From: Octopus bimaculoides
Taxonomy: Eukaryota
Direction: 5' to 3'
DNA: 55,729 nucleotides
NCBI RefSeq assembly: GCF_001194135.2
Contig: NC_068987.1
Coordinates: 21,888,775 to 21,944,503, forward strand
Shown: positions 11,956 to 24,190 of the stretch, one piece after another
Numbering within the stretch: the stretch's first letter is position 1
How the letters are laid out: the number at the start of each line of letters is the position of its first letter
Position numbers and translations under genes: made by a program
Notes under the pieces: model-generated
Databases searched by the model: none
The model's input: only the letters and a program-made list of their open reading frames with translations
What the model was told of the DNA's origin: nothing

Positions 11956-12446
11956 TATATGCCACCAGGTGGCCGCCGAAAGATCCATAAGAACAAAAGA
12001 ATGGAAGGTGAGAAAGAGAANNNNNNNNNNNNNNNNNNNNNNNNNNNNNNNNNNNNNNNNNNNNNNNNNNNNNNNNNNNNNNNNNNNNNNNNNNNNNNNN
12101 NNNNNNNNNNNNNNNNNNNNNNNNNNNNNNNNNNNNNNNNNNNNNNNNNNNNNNNNNNNNNNNNNNNNNNNNNNNNNNNNNNNNNNNNNNNNNNNNNNNN
12201 NNNNNNNNNNNNNNNNNNNNNNNNNNNNNNNNNNAGAGATTGAATGTAGGAGAGTTTGGTGTTATAACGATAGAAACAGAGGGGGTGTATGAGTGGTAGA
12301 GAGTAAAAAGGGATAGAAAGGAAGCAGCAGCAGAGAGAGAGGGGGGGGGGAGGAAAGAGACAATAGATAGAAACACAAAGAGTGAGGGAGAAAATAAGAG
12401 ATGGAGGTATACAAAGTGTAGGATAGTGAGAGATAGAGAGGGATAG

Positions 12447-12483
<37 letters not shown>

Positions 12484-12883
12484 TGATAGTGAGAGACAGA
12501 GAGAGGGAGAAAAAGAACAGAAGCACAGAGGAAAAAAGCAAGGAAGGACAATGAAGACCATGGTAAAGGACAGGAACAGTATACAGAGTTGTCTCTCTTG
12601 TCCTCGTTGTAAGCAATTTTCACAAACACTAATGACTTTTCTTCAATTTACAGTTATAATATCAATAGGAAAAAAAGTGGCTTAAGTATGGTAGCCTGCA
12701 CTTAACTATATGATATTCTTGCAGAGGTCACCTCTCCATACTAATATATGTACTCTTACAGATTCACACATAACTATATACATACATATACCGATATACA
12801 TGCAGATTCATGCACCGACATAGACACACAAAGTTACACACAAACATAAATACAGACACATTCACATTCACACACACACACAC

Positions 12884-12920
<37 letters not shown>

Positions 12921-13239
12921 GATCAGGGGCAAGGTACTAGAAAAATAAAATTTTCCAGGTGACATATGACAGGTACATGTATCATAAATAAGTGCATGTG
13001 TTTATATTTATAATATGTGTTTGTGTGTGTGTGCACATGTGTAATTGTTTCTGATCTAGAGCACAAGGCCGACAATTTTGAAGGAAGGGGATTAGTCGAG
13101 CATCAACCCTAGTATTAGACTACTACTTTAACCCTGGTAGAATCTGAACTCGGGGGGGCATAACAAAGCTTGAATGTGTGTGTAAAGATTAAAGTGATCA
13201 AAATTTCATGCTAATTTATGTTTCAAACACAAGTTTAAT

Positions 13240-13460
13240 AATGGTTTCAAATTTTGGCACAAGCCAGCAATTTCATTATATTGACTCCAGATACTATTTT
13301 ATCAATCCTGATACTATCAACTGATACTATTTTATCAATCCTGAAAGGGTGAAAGGCAAAGTTGACCTCAGCAGAATTTGAACTTAGAATGCAAAGACAG
13401 ACAAAATGCTGTTAAGCATTTTGCCCAGCATGCTAATGATTCTGCCAACTCACTGTCTTA
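13240..13460 (-). mobile_element. SINE family D
   Basis: CCTGAAAGGGTGAAAGGCAAAGTTGACCTCAGCAGAATTTGAACTTAG. A partial copy also lies at about 13060-13150. Confidence 0.85.
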
Positions 13461-14044
13461 CACCAGATTAATAATAACAAAGTTATTTTACTAAATTTTT
13501 CATTATTTTAATAATTTATTGAAACAAAGGCAGTATATTTAAACAGAAATATGATAAGAAAAGGTTGCGACAGGAAGTTTGTATCATTAAACTAAGGGTG
13601 GTTTCAGGTGGGCCGGTGTATGTAAAAGACTAAAACAGAGTGGACACCACTCAAAGTACCCAGTTGCAAGAGGCTCAAATGGTTCCTCTGACAGAGTTCC
13701 ACATTTTCCATTTACCAAATTTCATTTGCAAACCTTTTATCTACACAAAACCTTGACAGAAGAAATCCACCTAAAACTATGGCAAACAACATCAACCCAA
13801 GGTAAAGTGAAGTGGGATTGAACCAGAAAAAAAACAAACTATATAGTTGTGAAACAAACTTCTTAGCCACACAACCACAACTAATAAACTTTTAGTAAAC
13901 AGTCCAATAAACTCATCTACTTGGCCTCTGTAGTTGTGACCGTCAACACCATAAATGAGTTGCTACCAAATTAGAATAATTTATGACACCCAGTTTGTAT
14001 GTCAAGTTTTCCTTAAACACATAAAATGGTCAACTGGATAAGTT

Positions 14045-14109
<65 letters not shown>

Positions 14110-14959
14110 CCCATGCATTGTCAATTGGCATAGCTATGAGAGTGATGGGTAGGAATACTTTGAAGTAATTCTACTCAGCTCTCCATGCGCTGAGTTTAAA
14201 TCTCAGCATTGCCTGACTTTGCTTTCATCTTTTGGGTTGATTCTTCTCTTTTTCTCTCTTTCTCTCCTCAAGAAATTGAATGTGGTCAGATCTAGAGAGA
14301 TATGAACACTGCCAGGCCTAAAAATGGAAGGTATAGACTCTTACAGGTTTAAAACACCCATGAATGTGACAATAGTGCATATACAACTCCAATATAATAA
14401 GGGCTCGTGGATGGCAATGTATGTATCAAAGTCTATTACAAGAATTTGGTTGGACCAAGGTTATAGTAGAAGACACTTGCCCTAGATGCTACACAATGGC
14501 ACTGAACCTGAATCTATGTAGTTGAGAAGCAAACTCGTTACCACATAGCCATGCCTGTACCTTACATACACACACACATACACATTATATGTATAAACAC
14601 ACACCCATACACAGATATACACACATATGTGCATACATATTTTATGACTTACATTGTAGCAGGATATGCAGTACACTTGACCTTTGCATGGTCTCAGAAA
14701 CTGAGACTGGATGTGTATATGAAGGTGAGGGGGGGTTGTTGTGTGTGTGTGTGTGCGTATGCATGTGTGTATGTGTGTTTGCAAGATGTGAGTGAGAGCG
14801 GTGGAAGAATGAATCTATGGCTCATGAGTTACTGTGGCATGAAGTGGTGGGTCAAAATACTGAGTTGTCCTCAAACATGAAGACCGTCTCAGATGTTTTC
14901 AACACAGTGGATTCTAGTAAATGCACACCAAATTGGGTACGTGCATCAGACCACACAAC

Positions 14960-14995
14960 AGATTAAGTTTATCACTCGAGTGATAGACTTAATCT
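14960..14995. repeat. 36-bp near-perfect palindrome centred on CTCGAG
   Basis: AGATTAAGTTTATCACTC|GAGTGATAGACTTAATCT, one mismatch. Confidence 0.9.
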
Positions 14996-15558
14996 ATCGA
15001 GTACAATTCAGCCAATCATTGGTTTTCTTCACAGTTTCCGCCTAATTTTGTTCATAATGCTCTGATTTTGGTTGGCCTGAGATAATGATAGACAAAAGAT
15101 ATCTATGATGCTCTATAGTGGAATTGTAAACCAGAACCATAAGACTGTGGGGTAAACTTATAAAACCCCAAAGCCATATCTACAATCTTAGTTCTGTTCA
15201 AACAAGGCTGATCTGCAACTGAACAACAATAACTTCTAGGGGGGTTTTTAGGATCATCATCATAATCATCATTGTTTTAATGCCCACATTTCTATGCTAG
15301 CTTGAATCAGAGGAAATCTGTGATTTGATGCTTTTGCAGTCACCAACCTTCACTTGTATCCAAGCAAGACAAAATTTTCTATAAACCTTTGAACATGAAC
15401 AGCACAAAGGCAGAAAATGTTTATACAGAAAAATGGAAATGAATGGCACTTTTTGTATGACAAAAATATTTATATATGATTAATGCATGACACACATACA
15501 CACACGCACGCATGCGTGTGTATGCATGTTGCACTTATGCGTATGTGTACACACACAC

Positions 15559-15625
<67 letters not shown>

Positions 15626-15643
15626 TACATGTATATATACACA

Positions 15644-15687
<44 letters not shown>

Positions 15688-15829
15688 TATATATACACAT
15701 ACCGTCTACCACATCCACTCCCAAGAGTTTGTTTGATCTGAGGCTATTGTAGAAGACACTTGCCTAATGTGACATGCAGAGGATTCGAACCCAAAACCAC
15801 ACACTTGTGAAGTGAACTTGTGTGTGTGC

Positions 15830-16050
15830 ATGCATGTTTGTGTTCCCTTGTCTTCATATAAGATGATTGTAAACAAGCATCACCATCATACAAGTAATGC
15901 TGCTGGTTTCCAGTCTTCCATGCAAAACATGTCTGGCCATGTGGAAATATTAACTTATTGGGAACAGGTGAGAGTTGGTGACAGCAAAGACAGCCAACCT
16001 CAATAAAAGACGGAAAAATAGACAGTAAAATGATGATGATGACGACCAAT
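15830..16050 (+). mobile_element. Repeat family C body (RTE-type 3' tail)
   Basis: GATTGTAAACAAGCATCACCATCATACAAG...ATGTCTGGCCATG...GGAACAGGTGAG. Homologues at 18840-19070 (+) and 33005-33255, 50085-50390, 54600-54730 (-). Confidence 0.8.
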
Positions 16051-16164
16051 GCCTATAATTGACTTTTAATTGATTTTTTAATCTTATTTTGCTAATTACT
16101 GCTTAGAGTAATACATACACACAAACTCATATATGTATGTGTAGGAGTGTACATACATATATAT

Positions 16165-16320
16165 GTAGGTGCAGGTGTGGTTGTTTTCTAACCACACTGC
16201 TCCAGGTTCAGTCCCACTGTGTGGCATCTTGGGCAAGTGTCTTCTACTATAGCCCCAGGCCAACCAAAGCCTTGTGTGGATTTGATAGACACAAACCAAA
16301 AGAAGCCCACCATATATACA
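16165..16320 (+). mobile_element. SINE family A head, partial
   Basis: GGTTCAGTCCCACTGTGTGGCATCTTGGGCAAGTGTCTTCTACTATAG. Confidence 0.85.
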
Positions 16321-16497
16321 TGCATATGTGTTTTATAAATACACACACACACACACACATATATAAACACATATATAGGAAGGGCCACAATCTATAGAAA
16401 ATCCACCTCAACAGATTCCATCTGGACAATGATGATGACATATTATATATATATATATATATTTATTTATTTATGTGTTTCAGCCAAGTGGCTGCGG

Positions 16498-16535
<38 letters not shown>

Positions 16536-16616
16536 CAAAGTAAAGTTATAAGATACCACACGAGTTGAAATATATTTGAAAGAAGGTTTGAAAAAACAAT
16601 TTTAAAGATGTTTATT

Positions 16617-16660
16617 CACTTGATCGGTTTCACTTTTTTAGAAAAAGATTGTCAAAAGTA
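16617..16660 (-). ncRNA. Degenerate minimal type-I hammerhead ribozyme-like motif
   Basis: Minus strand: UACUU [UUGACAA] U CUUUUU-CUA-AAAAAG U GAAAC CG AUC AAGUG. Helix I and helix II pair. The core differs from CUGANGA at two positions. Confidence 0.5.
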
Positions 16661-16868
16661 AAATGTAAAGCTTTGTATAAGCTTTGTTGTGTTAAGTACT
16701 GGTTGTCACAAAAGTATTAAAATACATATATACATTCTTTGATGATAAGAAAATGTTAAAAACAGTTTACAAGAGAATATTTAACAAAAAGTATTAGGAG
16801 TTCAATAAAAATCATGTTTGGTAGTATATATATTCAATAAAAATCATGTTTGTTTGGTAGTATATATA

Positions 16869-16909
16869 TACACAGAAAGAGATATATTTAATATATCTCT
16901 TTCTGTGTA
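16869..16909. repeat. Perfect 20-bp inverted repeat with 1-nt spacer
   Basis: TACACAGAAAGAGATATATT-T-AATATATCTCTTTCTGTGTA. Confidence 0.95.
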
Positions 16910-17174
16910 GGGCTCATACACTTTCTGCAACTTTGTGTAGGCCTTTGAGCAGGTATCGCTATGACAACTTTCTCTGTCATTGTCAATAGGATGATCATAT
17001 GCTACACACCTTCCTTCCAAGCACTGCTGTAAACAGTGGAAGTGAGCTAGAACGTTAAAACTTAGTGCGCATGAGCAGTAGAATTCAAGGTTAAGATTTG
17101 CGAGGCAGCTTCACTCTGCATGCTTTAACTTCATTACAATGGCAACAGTCCGGATACTTATTGATCAGACCACG
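16903..17174 (-). mobile_element. Mariner left end (TIR, 5'UTR, deleted ORF start), same family as 51301
   Basis: Reverse complement TA|CGTGGTCTGATCAATAAGTATCCGGACT...CACTAAGTTTTAACGTTCTAGCTCACTTC aligns with 51301-51480. ORF start MTEKV..DTCSKAYTKLQKVY. Confidence 0.8.
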
Positions 17175-17302
17175 TACACATACAACTATTTATCTCGTGT
17201 ATTTAAATACCTACCTACCAATATCCATCTATCTGTAGTCCTCGACCTGTCTGCTTGTCTGTCTACATATCTACCTATCTCTCTGTAATTCCGTTTGCGC
17301 AA

Positions 17303-17361
<59 letters not shown>

Positions 17362-18097
17362 AAGAGAGAGAAATATATGTACATTCACAGACACACACAC
17401 ACACATATACCCAGACATAAGTAAATACATATGTAGCTATGTATTTAGCTATAACCTTTGAACTACTTACCTATTTGTCTGTCTATCCATCACTCTGTCA
17501 GCCTATCCATCAGTCTGTCTGTCTGTTTACAAACTATTTTTCCTGAAATTTTTAACATTATATTAGCAATCTCAATATCTTTATGCATTTTCTTTTTAAG
17601 TTTCATTTTGTTTTTATACTCTGGCATGTAATGGCTGGCTGTCTAGGCCAAGAATATTATTATTATTTCTTTTAATTGTCTCTGTAATTTAATATGTTAG
17701 TATTTATCTGCAACTTGCCAACTATTCTCACTAACAAATTGTTTTACTTTGTTTTCAAGTAAAATATAAAACCTAAAATATACATACTGTTTTATATATT
17801 TTTGATCCTCCCATCCAACTATTGTGAAATACTACCAATGCACACAGACAGTCTGTGTATTTAATATATATTCATTTGTTTATTTACTGCACGTTTTTTA
17901 AAAATTATATATATATAGGTAGGTCATATTTTCCGTTTGTTCTCTTTTTATTTAATCCACAAGATATATATATATATACATACATACATATATATATATA
18001 TATACACATATACATATATACATATACACATACATATATACATATACATATATACATATACATATACATGTATACATATATATATATATATATATAC

Positions 18098-18129
<32 letters not shown>

Positions 18130-18324
18130 GTGTATATACACACACATACATATACATACATATATATATATACATATATATAAATATATATATATACATA
18201 CATATACATACATATATACATACAAAATATATATACATGCATATATAAACATACATATATATACATTCATATATACATACATATATACACACATACACAC
18301 ATACCGCTCAGAGATTTATTATTG

Positions 18325-18384
<60 letters not shown>

Positions 18385-18388
<4 letters not shown>

Positions 18389-18785
18389 GTTGAGTAAAAA
18401 GTAAGCAACATTTTGAAATATGAAATTCATCACAATATATTTCAACAATGTGGAAATTTTATTCATCAAAGTAAGTACCATTGCAATCAAGACATTTTTG
18501 CCAACGAGTTACAAGTTTGTTTATTCCGGCAACATAAAAATCTGGAGTCCTGGAGCTGATGAACTCCTTGAACGCACTTTCAGTATTGGTTTGATTTTTG
18601 AACTCCTCTCACAGGAAACCATGAAGGTGCTTGAAAAAGTGGTAATTGGTAGGTGAAAGGTCTGGGGAATAAGCTAGGTGGGGAAGAACTTTGTAGCCAA
18701 GTTCCCTCAACTTCTGGAGTGTCATTAGTGAAACATGGTCAAGCATTGTCATGAAGTATGATTGGCCCTCTTCTGTTGACCAGTC
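18385..18785 (-). pseudogene. Mariner transposase C-terminal half plus terminal inverted repeat, cecropia/Hsmar1-like
   Basis: LVNRRGPIILHDNA*P/VSLMTLQKLRELGYKVLPHLAYSPDLSPTNYHFFKHLHGFL*EEFKNQTNTESAFKEFISSRTPDFYVAGINKLVTRWQKCLDCNGTYFDE*. End reads TA|TCAGGTTGAGTAAAAAGTAA. Confidence 0.92.
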
Positions 18786-18839
18786 TGTGTGTGTGTGTGT
18801 GCATGTGTTTGTGTGTGTGAACATGCATATGTTTGTGTG

Positions 18840-19070
18840 TACGCATGTCCTGACATCATGTGTTGATTATAAACAAACATCACCATCATACAAGTGATGT
18901 TGTTCATATCCAGTCATGTATGAAAAATATGTCAGGCCGTGGCAAAAAAATATTACCTTTCTTGGAAACAGGTGAAGGTTAGCAGCAGGAAGGGAATCCA
19001 ACTGCAGAAAATCTGCCCCAACAAATCCAGTGTGATCCATGTAAGCATGGAAAAGTGAAAGTTAAATAAA
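18840..19070 (+). mobile_element. Repeat family C body
   Basis: AAACATCACCATCATACAAGTGATG...GGAAACAGGTGAAGG...CCATGTAAGCATGGAAAAGTG. Confidence 0.8.
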
Positions 19071-19419
19071 GAAATGATAATGATGGTGACATATCAATAA
19101 TAATAACAATGAAAAATGGCATCGGAGGGGGCGATGTATACAAATTTTTCCGCAAATTATAGTGTGGCTTACAATGCACTACTTACCCATGCTTTTTAAT
19201 TGAACTGAATTAAGCTTTGTAAGTGTTTGACCGAGCTTGCTAATCAGGAAATTTGTAAGTTTGATTTAAAGTAAATTTGTTTTTGTTTTTTTTTTTTAAG
19301 TATCACCATTGTAAGTATTTATACTCTGGTGAAATAAAGAAATCAACTCGTAAATAAATGAAACCCTCGAATCCATCACTATACAAACACACACAGAGTT
19401 GCATATCTATGTATGTTTG

Positions 19420-19590
19420 AAGATAATCAAACCAAATTTTCATCATTTCGAGCCACTCACCCAATGAGTATTTCTACCAAATTTGGTGAAAATCCTTTCA
19501 GCTGTTTTCCAGTAATTTTGCAAACACACAGACAAAGACGAGTGATTACAAAACCCAGCTTTCGTTTACGCACACAGGATAATAATAACT
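19420..19590 (+). mobile_element. Possible non-autonomous Helentron/HINE-like segment
   Basis: ACCAAATTTTCATC and ACCAAATTTGGTGAAAATCC motifs followed by ACAGACAAAGACG. This resembles HINE-like elements from memory; termini not verified. Confidence 0.3.
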
Positions 19591-20023
19591 TATGGATGGA
19601 AATCCATAGGCGTTATTAATGCATCACAACATATGTTTCTGCACCCCACATGTGCATTAAGTAACAATATTTCATGTTCATAAGATATTACTTAAGATTA
19701 CTCTTTATATTTATGAATCTGAAATTTTTTCCTCAAGCTCCATTTCAGTGTAAGTATGTCTTCAGTTCACCTGAAGAACATATGATGCATTGATAAAACC
19801 TATGAATTTCCATCTGCAAATTATTATTGCAATTGTTATAATTACCATAAGCTGAAAGAAGTTCTATGTGTATTACCATATCATTGGATTATCCTGGGAG
19901 ATGGGACTGACTGGTGGTAGCTGGCGACAAGATGCATAGGAGCTTTTAAGAGCATGTTCTGAGTTTTTTGCCCAAACCAAACTAAATGGATATACACTCG
20001 TCAGATTTTTGTCTTCATGCAAT

Positions 20024-20489
20024 ATGATCTAACACAGAGAGCAGAGATATTGACTCAAGTTTTGCAAAAAGCTTGGTGATACTCAAGCTCAAACCATCCA
20101 GAGGATTCGGCAGGCCTTTGGTGAAGTTGCCATAGACAAAACTCACATCAAAGAATGGAACAACCACTTCAAATATGCTTGTACCTCGGTGGAAAGCCGG
20201 GCATGCTCAGGCAGGCCAGTCAGAAGCAAAAAAGAGGAGTCAACTGAGAAGGTTCAGTGAATAGTCATTGAAGACTGTTGTGCACAAAATGGAAATATGT
20301 ACAGGATCAGTGCATTCCATTTTAATGGAGGATTTCTGTGTAAATGGAGAGTGTCAATGAAATTCATCTCCAAGGTGCTGGCAGAGCAGCAGAAGCAATT
20401 CTGCAAGGAAATCACTCAGGACATGCTAGACTGTAAAGCATGACACAGACTTCATGAAGACCATCATCACTAGTGATGAGACATGGGTC
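20024..20489 (+). pseudogene. Mariner transposase N-terminal half (HTH to first catalytic Asp motif)
   Basis: EQRY*LKFCKKLGDTQAQTIQRIRQAFGEVAIDKTHIKEWNNHFK...SGRP...KVLAEQQKQFCKEITQDML/DFMKTIITSDETWV, with stops and frameshifts. Confidence 0.88.
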
Positions 20490-20681
20490 ATTGGTCGCTA
20501 CTCAATGTGTTCAGTCATCTTGTGTGAAAATGAAAAACTGAAAAGAGCGCACATGTTTGTACTCTAGATGTAACAGCTGGGAACCTGTGATGGCCTACTG
20601 GCATGAAACCCAAAGGATTTTGCCCATGCAGCATGTTTTGGAAGGAAAAAATAAAGACAGATACTTTTTGAATACATCTCG
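20490..20681 (-). mobile_element. Mariner left end (TIR, 5'UTR, first codons), convergent with the preceding fragment
   Basis: Reverse complement TA|CGAGATGTATTCAAAAAGTATCTG...ATGACTGAACACATTGAGTAGCGA (MTEHIE*R). Confidence 0.75.
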
Positions 20682-22030
20682 TATATGTGTATGTGTGTAC
20701 GTATGTGTGTATAGAGACGGGACAGAGAGGAAAAGAGAGCAAGAAAGAAAGAGAGGGAGGGAGAGAGGCCCAAGCACCCTCAAGTACTAGACAAATCCTT
20801 AAATGCAATGATATTTTACTCTATTTATTTTATTTCATTGCATTTCATTTTATTTCCTTGGAAAATATCAAAACTTTCTAAATAAACCAAGGAACAACTC
20901 CTTCATTTCTTCTGTACAGTTAGGTATAGCTTCCTTTTGGTTCTGTCATATTTTGCCCCACCTTATTCTCACCATTCTTTAATCACCATTCTCTCTTGTC
21001 TTCAGCAAGCCCTCTTCTATTTCTCTGTATTCCACTTATAACTCTTTCTTCTTGCTGTTGCTGTGTCTAGCCAATATCCTTACCAATAATCCTCATATAG
21101 CTGTTTATCGCTCTCTCGCTGACTATCACTTCTTCAATTTCTCTGTTTCTTTCTCTCTTACGTCTATCACCCTCTTGCACCTTCCAACCCATTCTTCCTT
21201 TACTCTCTTTCACTCTTCTAACTTTCTCTCTCTCTCTGGCCCTCTTCCCACCCACTTGTGTGGGGGAACACAGAGATAAGGCTGGGTATAAGGAACTCTC
21301 TTTAGTTTTGCAAATGACAACAGCATAAACATCTTCCATACAACTACAATCACTATAAAGCCATCAGCGCCGTCATCATCATTATCCATAACAAGCAGAA
21401 CAAAAACAAAAAGAAATACGTAAATAACATCAAAAACAGCAGCAGCAGCAGCAGCAACAACAACGGCAGCAGAAGCAACAGCAAGAACAACAAAATTAAT
21501 TAGTGCTATATTAGCTCAGCTGATAGCATACAACAATATATATCATATTGATTGCATCAGAAATATTCATCATAATCATCATCACACTCATAATAATCAA
21601 CATCATCAAAAACATAAGTCAACGTCGTCGTTACCACTGCTGCCGCCACAACGATGATCATCACAAACATATAGAAATAGATCAAAAATAAAAACAAATA
21701 CATAAGCCTTAATATAAATAGTTTTGTCCCACAACTACCACCACCACCAAGAGCATAAGCACCACTATCGCTACCACTGCTGCAATAATAAGCACCAACA
21801 CTACTACTACTACTACTACTACTACGTATACAATGCATAAAATGCAATGCAATCAAAGTGTTTTGATATGAGATGGTGGTGGTGGTTGGAGGAGTCACAA
21901 ATGGACAATTAATTAATAGGTTTTTGATTAGCAATTAGGCTGTGATTAAAGACATACATACACACAAGGCATAAATAGAGACAGACACATACAGGTATGT
22001 GTGTGTGTGTGTGTGTGTGTGTGCACTATG

Positions 22031-22077
<47 letters not shown>

Positions 22078-22176
22078 NNNNNNNNNNNNNNNNNNNNNNN
22101 NNNNNNNNNNNNNNNNNNNNNNNNNNNNNNNNNNNNNNNNNNNNNNNNNNNNNNNNNNNNNNNNNNNNNNNNNNNN

Positions 22177-22227
<51 letters not shown>

Positions 22228-22694
22228 AAATGTTGTATAGGGGTGGGCACTCTCATGGTAAACCTACAAACTCCAACATAAATATAAACATATCAACTTC
22301 AGATTATTTCTAAACATAACACTGACTACAACCTGGCTTTATCTTTGTTTTTAAGTCTGTATTGTTGGAAGTGAAAACAAAACAGACCCTGATTATAGTT
22401 TGATAGTGAAAGTACAGGATTATTATGAAAATAATTTACCATTTTGGTGGATGGATGGCACTCATCTGGGATACTTGGAGTATATGGCATATACATATTG
22501 TATCTATGTACATATGCATATGTTTGTGTGTGAGTAAACACACACACACACACACACATCCATATTCTGAATAAAAACATATGCATTTCATATTAAATAT
22601 TCCAGTATTTGATGTTCAGTTTGAATTTCTGATTGAACCTGCATTCAGCTAGCTAAACGAAAACCGAAATGACGGGGAAAGTAACTATATAATG

Positions 22695-22742
<48 letters not shown>

Positions 22743-23954
22743 NNNNNNNNNNNNNNNNNNNNNNNNNNNNNNNNNNNNNNNNNNNNNNNNNNNNNNNNNN
22801 NNNNNNNNNNNNNNNNNNNNNNNNNNNNNNNNNNNNNNNNNNNNNNNNNNNNNNNNNNNNNNNNNNNNNNNNNNNNNNNNNNNNNNNNNNNNNNNNNNNN
22901 NNNNNNNNNNNNNNNNNNNNNNNNNNNNNNNNNNNNNNNNNNNNNNNNNNNNNNNNNNNNNNNNNNNNNNNNNNNNNNNNNNNNNNNNNNNNNNNNNNNN
23001 NNNNNNNNNNNNNNNNNNNNNNNNNNNNNNNNNNNNNNNNNNNNNNNNNNNNNNNNNNNNNNNNNNNNNNNNNNNNNNNNNNNNNNNNNNNNNNNNNNNN
23101 NNNNNNNNNNNNNNNNNNNNNNNNNNNNNNNNNNNNNNNNNNNNNNNNNNNNNNNNNNNNNNNNNNNNNNNNNNNACGACACACACACACACACACACAC
23201 ATGTATACATTCACATACATACAATTTCTTTCCTCCTCAAAATATTCTCATCACTTTCCTAACTGCAGTTCTTCCTTGATACCACTTATTTTTCTTACTA
23301 CCTAGAACCATTTCACTTCCTATCCACCCGTCATCCATTAATACTATTCTTTGCACCCACACTTTCATTGATCACCCACCTCCACTGAGTCAACAACTAT
23401 CCTCCCCTACCACCTCATCATGTACTACACCTGCCCCTCTCGTTCCTACCCACTCTCGTATTTTACTTGTCATCATCCTTCTCCTGTCTACCACTTCCTT
23501 GTTAATATTCTGCTGTTCAGTACTGTCAGTCAACACCTACTCTCATCCCTATCACTCTCTCGCTCCATTTGATCATCCCCAACCTCTCTTCTAAAATGTG
23601 AGAAATCAACAAACAATATATACACAAATTGTACTTAACAGCTGTTTCATTAAGATAAACACCATTAAAATGTATAATTACATTAAAGTGGTACTTGATT
23701 AATTGAAATTAATGTAATTTAAATCAAATATAAAAATAGCATTTACCTAAATCATTGGAGATATGTTAATCAGAAAACCAATTAGACAGACAGACATATA
23801 GATGTAATATAAACAACTGTATTTGAGTTTAATGTTTTTTAAAGGACTTTTTCATTATTTCCTTATTAATGCTTATGAATACATAAGCATTAATAGGGAA
23901 CATTATCTTACATTCCTAGATATTCTTGGTCTTATCTTTTTTGGAATGAAGTGC

Positions 23955-24190
23955 TTATTGTTGTTGTTTAAACCCAGGTCAGCCTTATGAAAGACATTCT
24001 ATACATTACCATTTCAATAATAATGATGATAGTGGCATAGTTTATCTAAGGATATGTGATCAAAGGCCTTGCACCCCACCAAAAAAAAAAAATGCTTTAA
24101 AAACAAGAGAAAAATGTGTTGTAGTTGAAATTTAGCTGGTGTTTCTAGTAGGTCTCTTGACTTCACAGAGACTCCCTTATTGGCTCAGCT
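23955..24190 (-). mobile_element. Dispersed repeat family F (unclassified retroposon-like, (CAA)n tail)
   Basis: GTTGTTGTTTAAACCCAGGTCAGCC...GAAATTTAGCTGGTGTTTCTAGTAGGTC. Related fragments at about 130-190, 26025-26085, 32810-32900, 35040-35260 and 46400-46600. Confidence 0.55.

Noticed and set aside
17725-17760. Branch point CACTAAC plus U-rich tract plus AG
   Set aside because: Followed by an immediate stop and AT-rich sequence with no donor; expected by chance.
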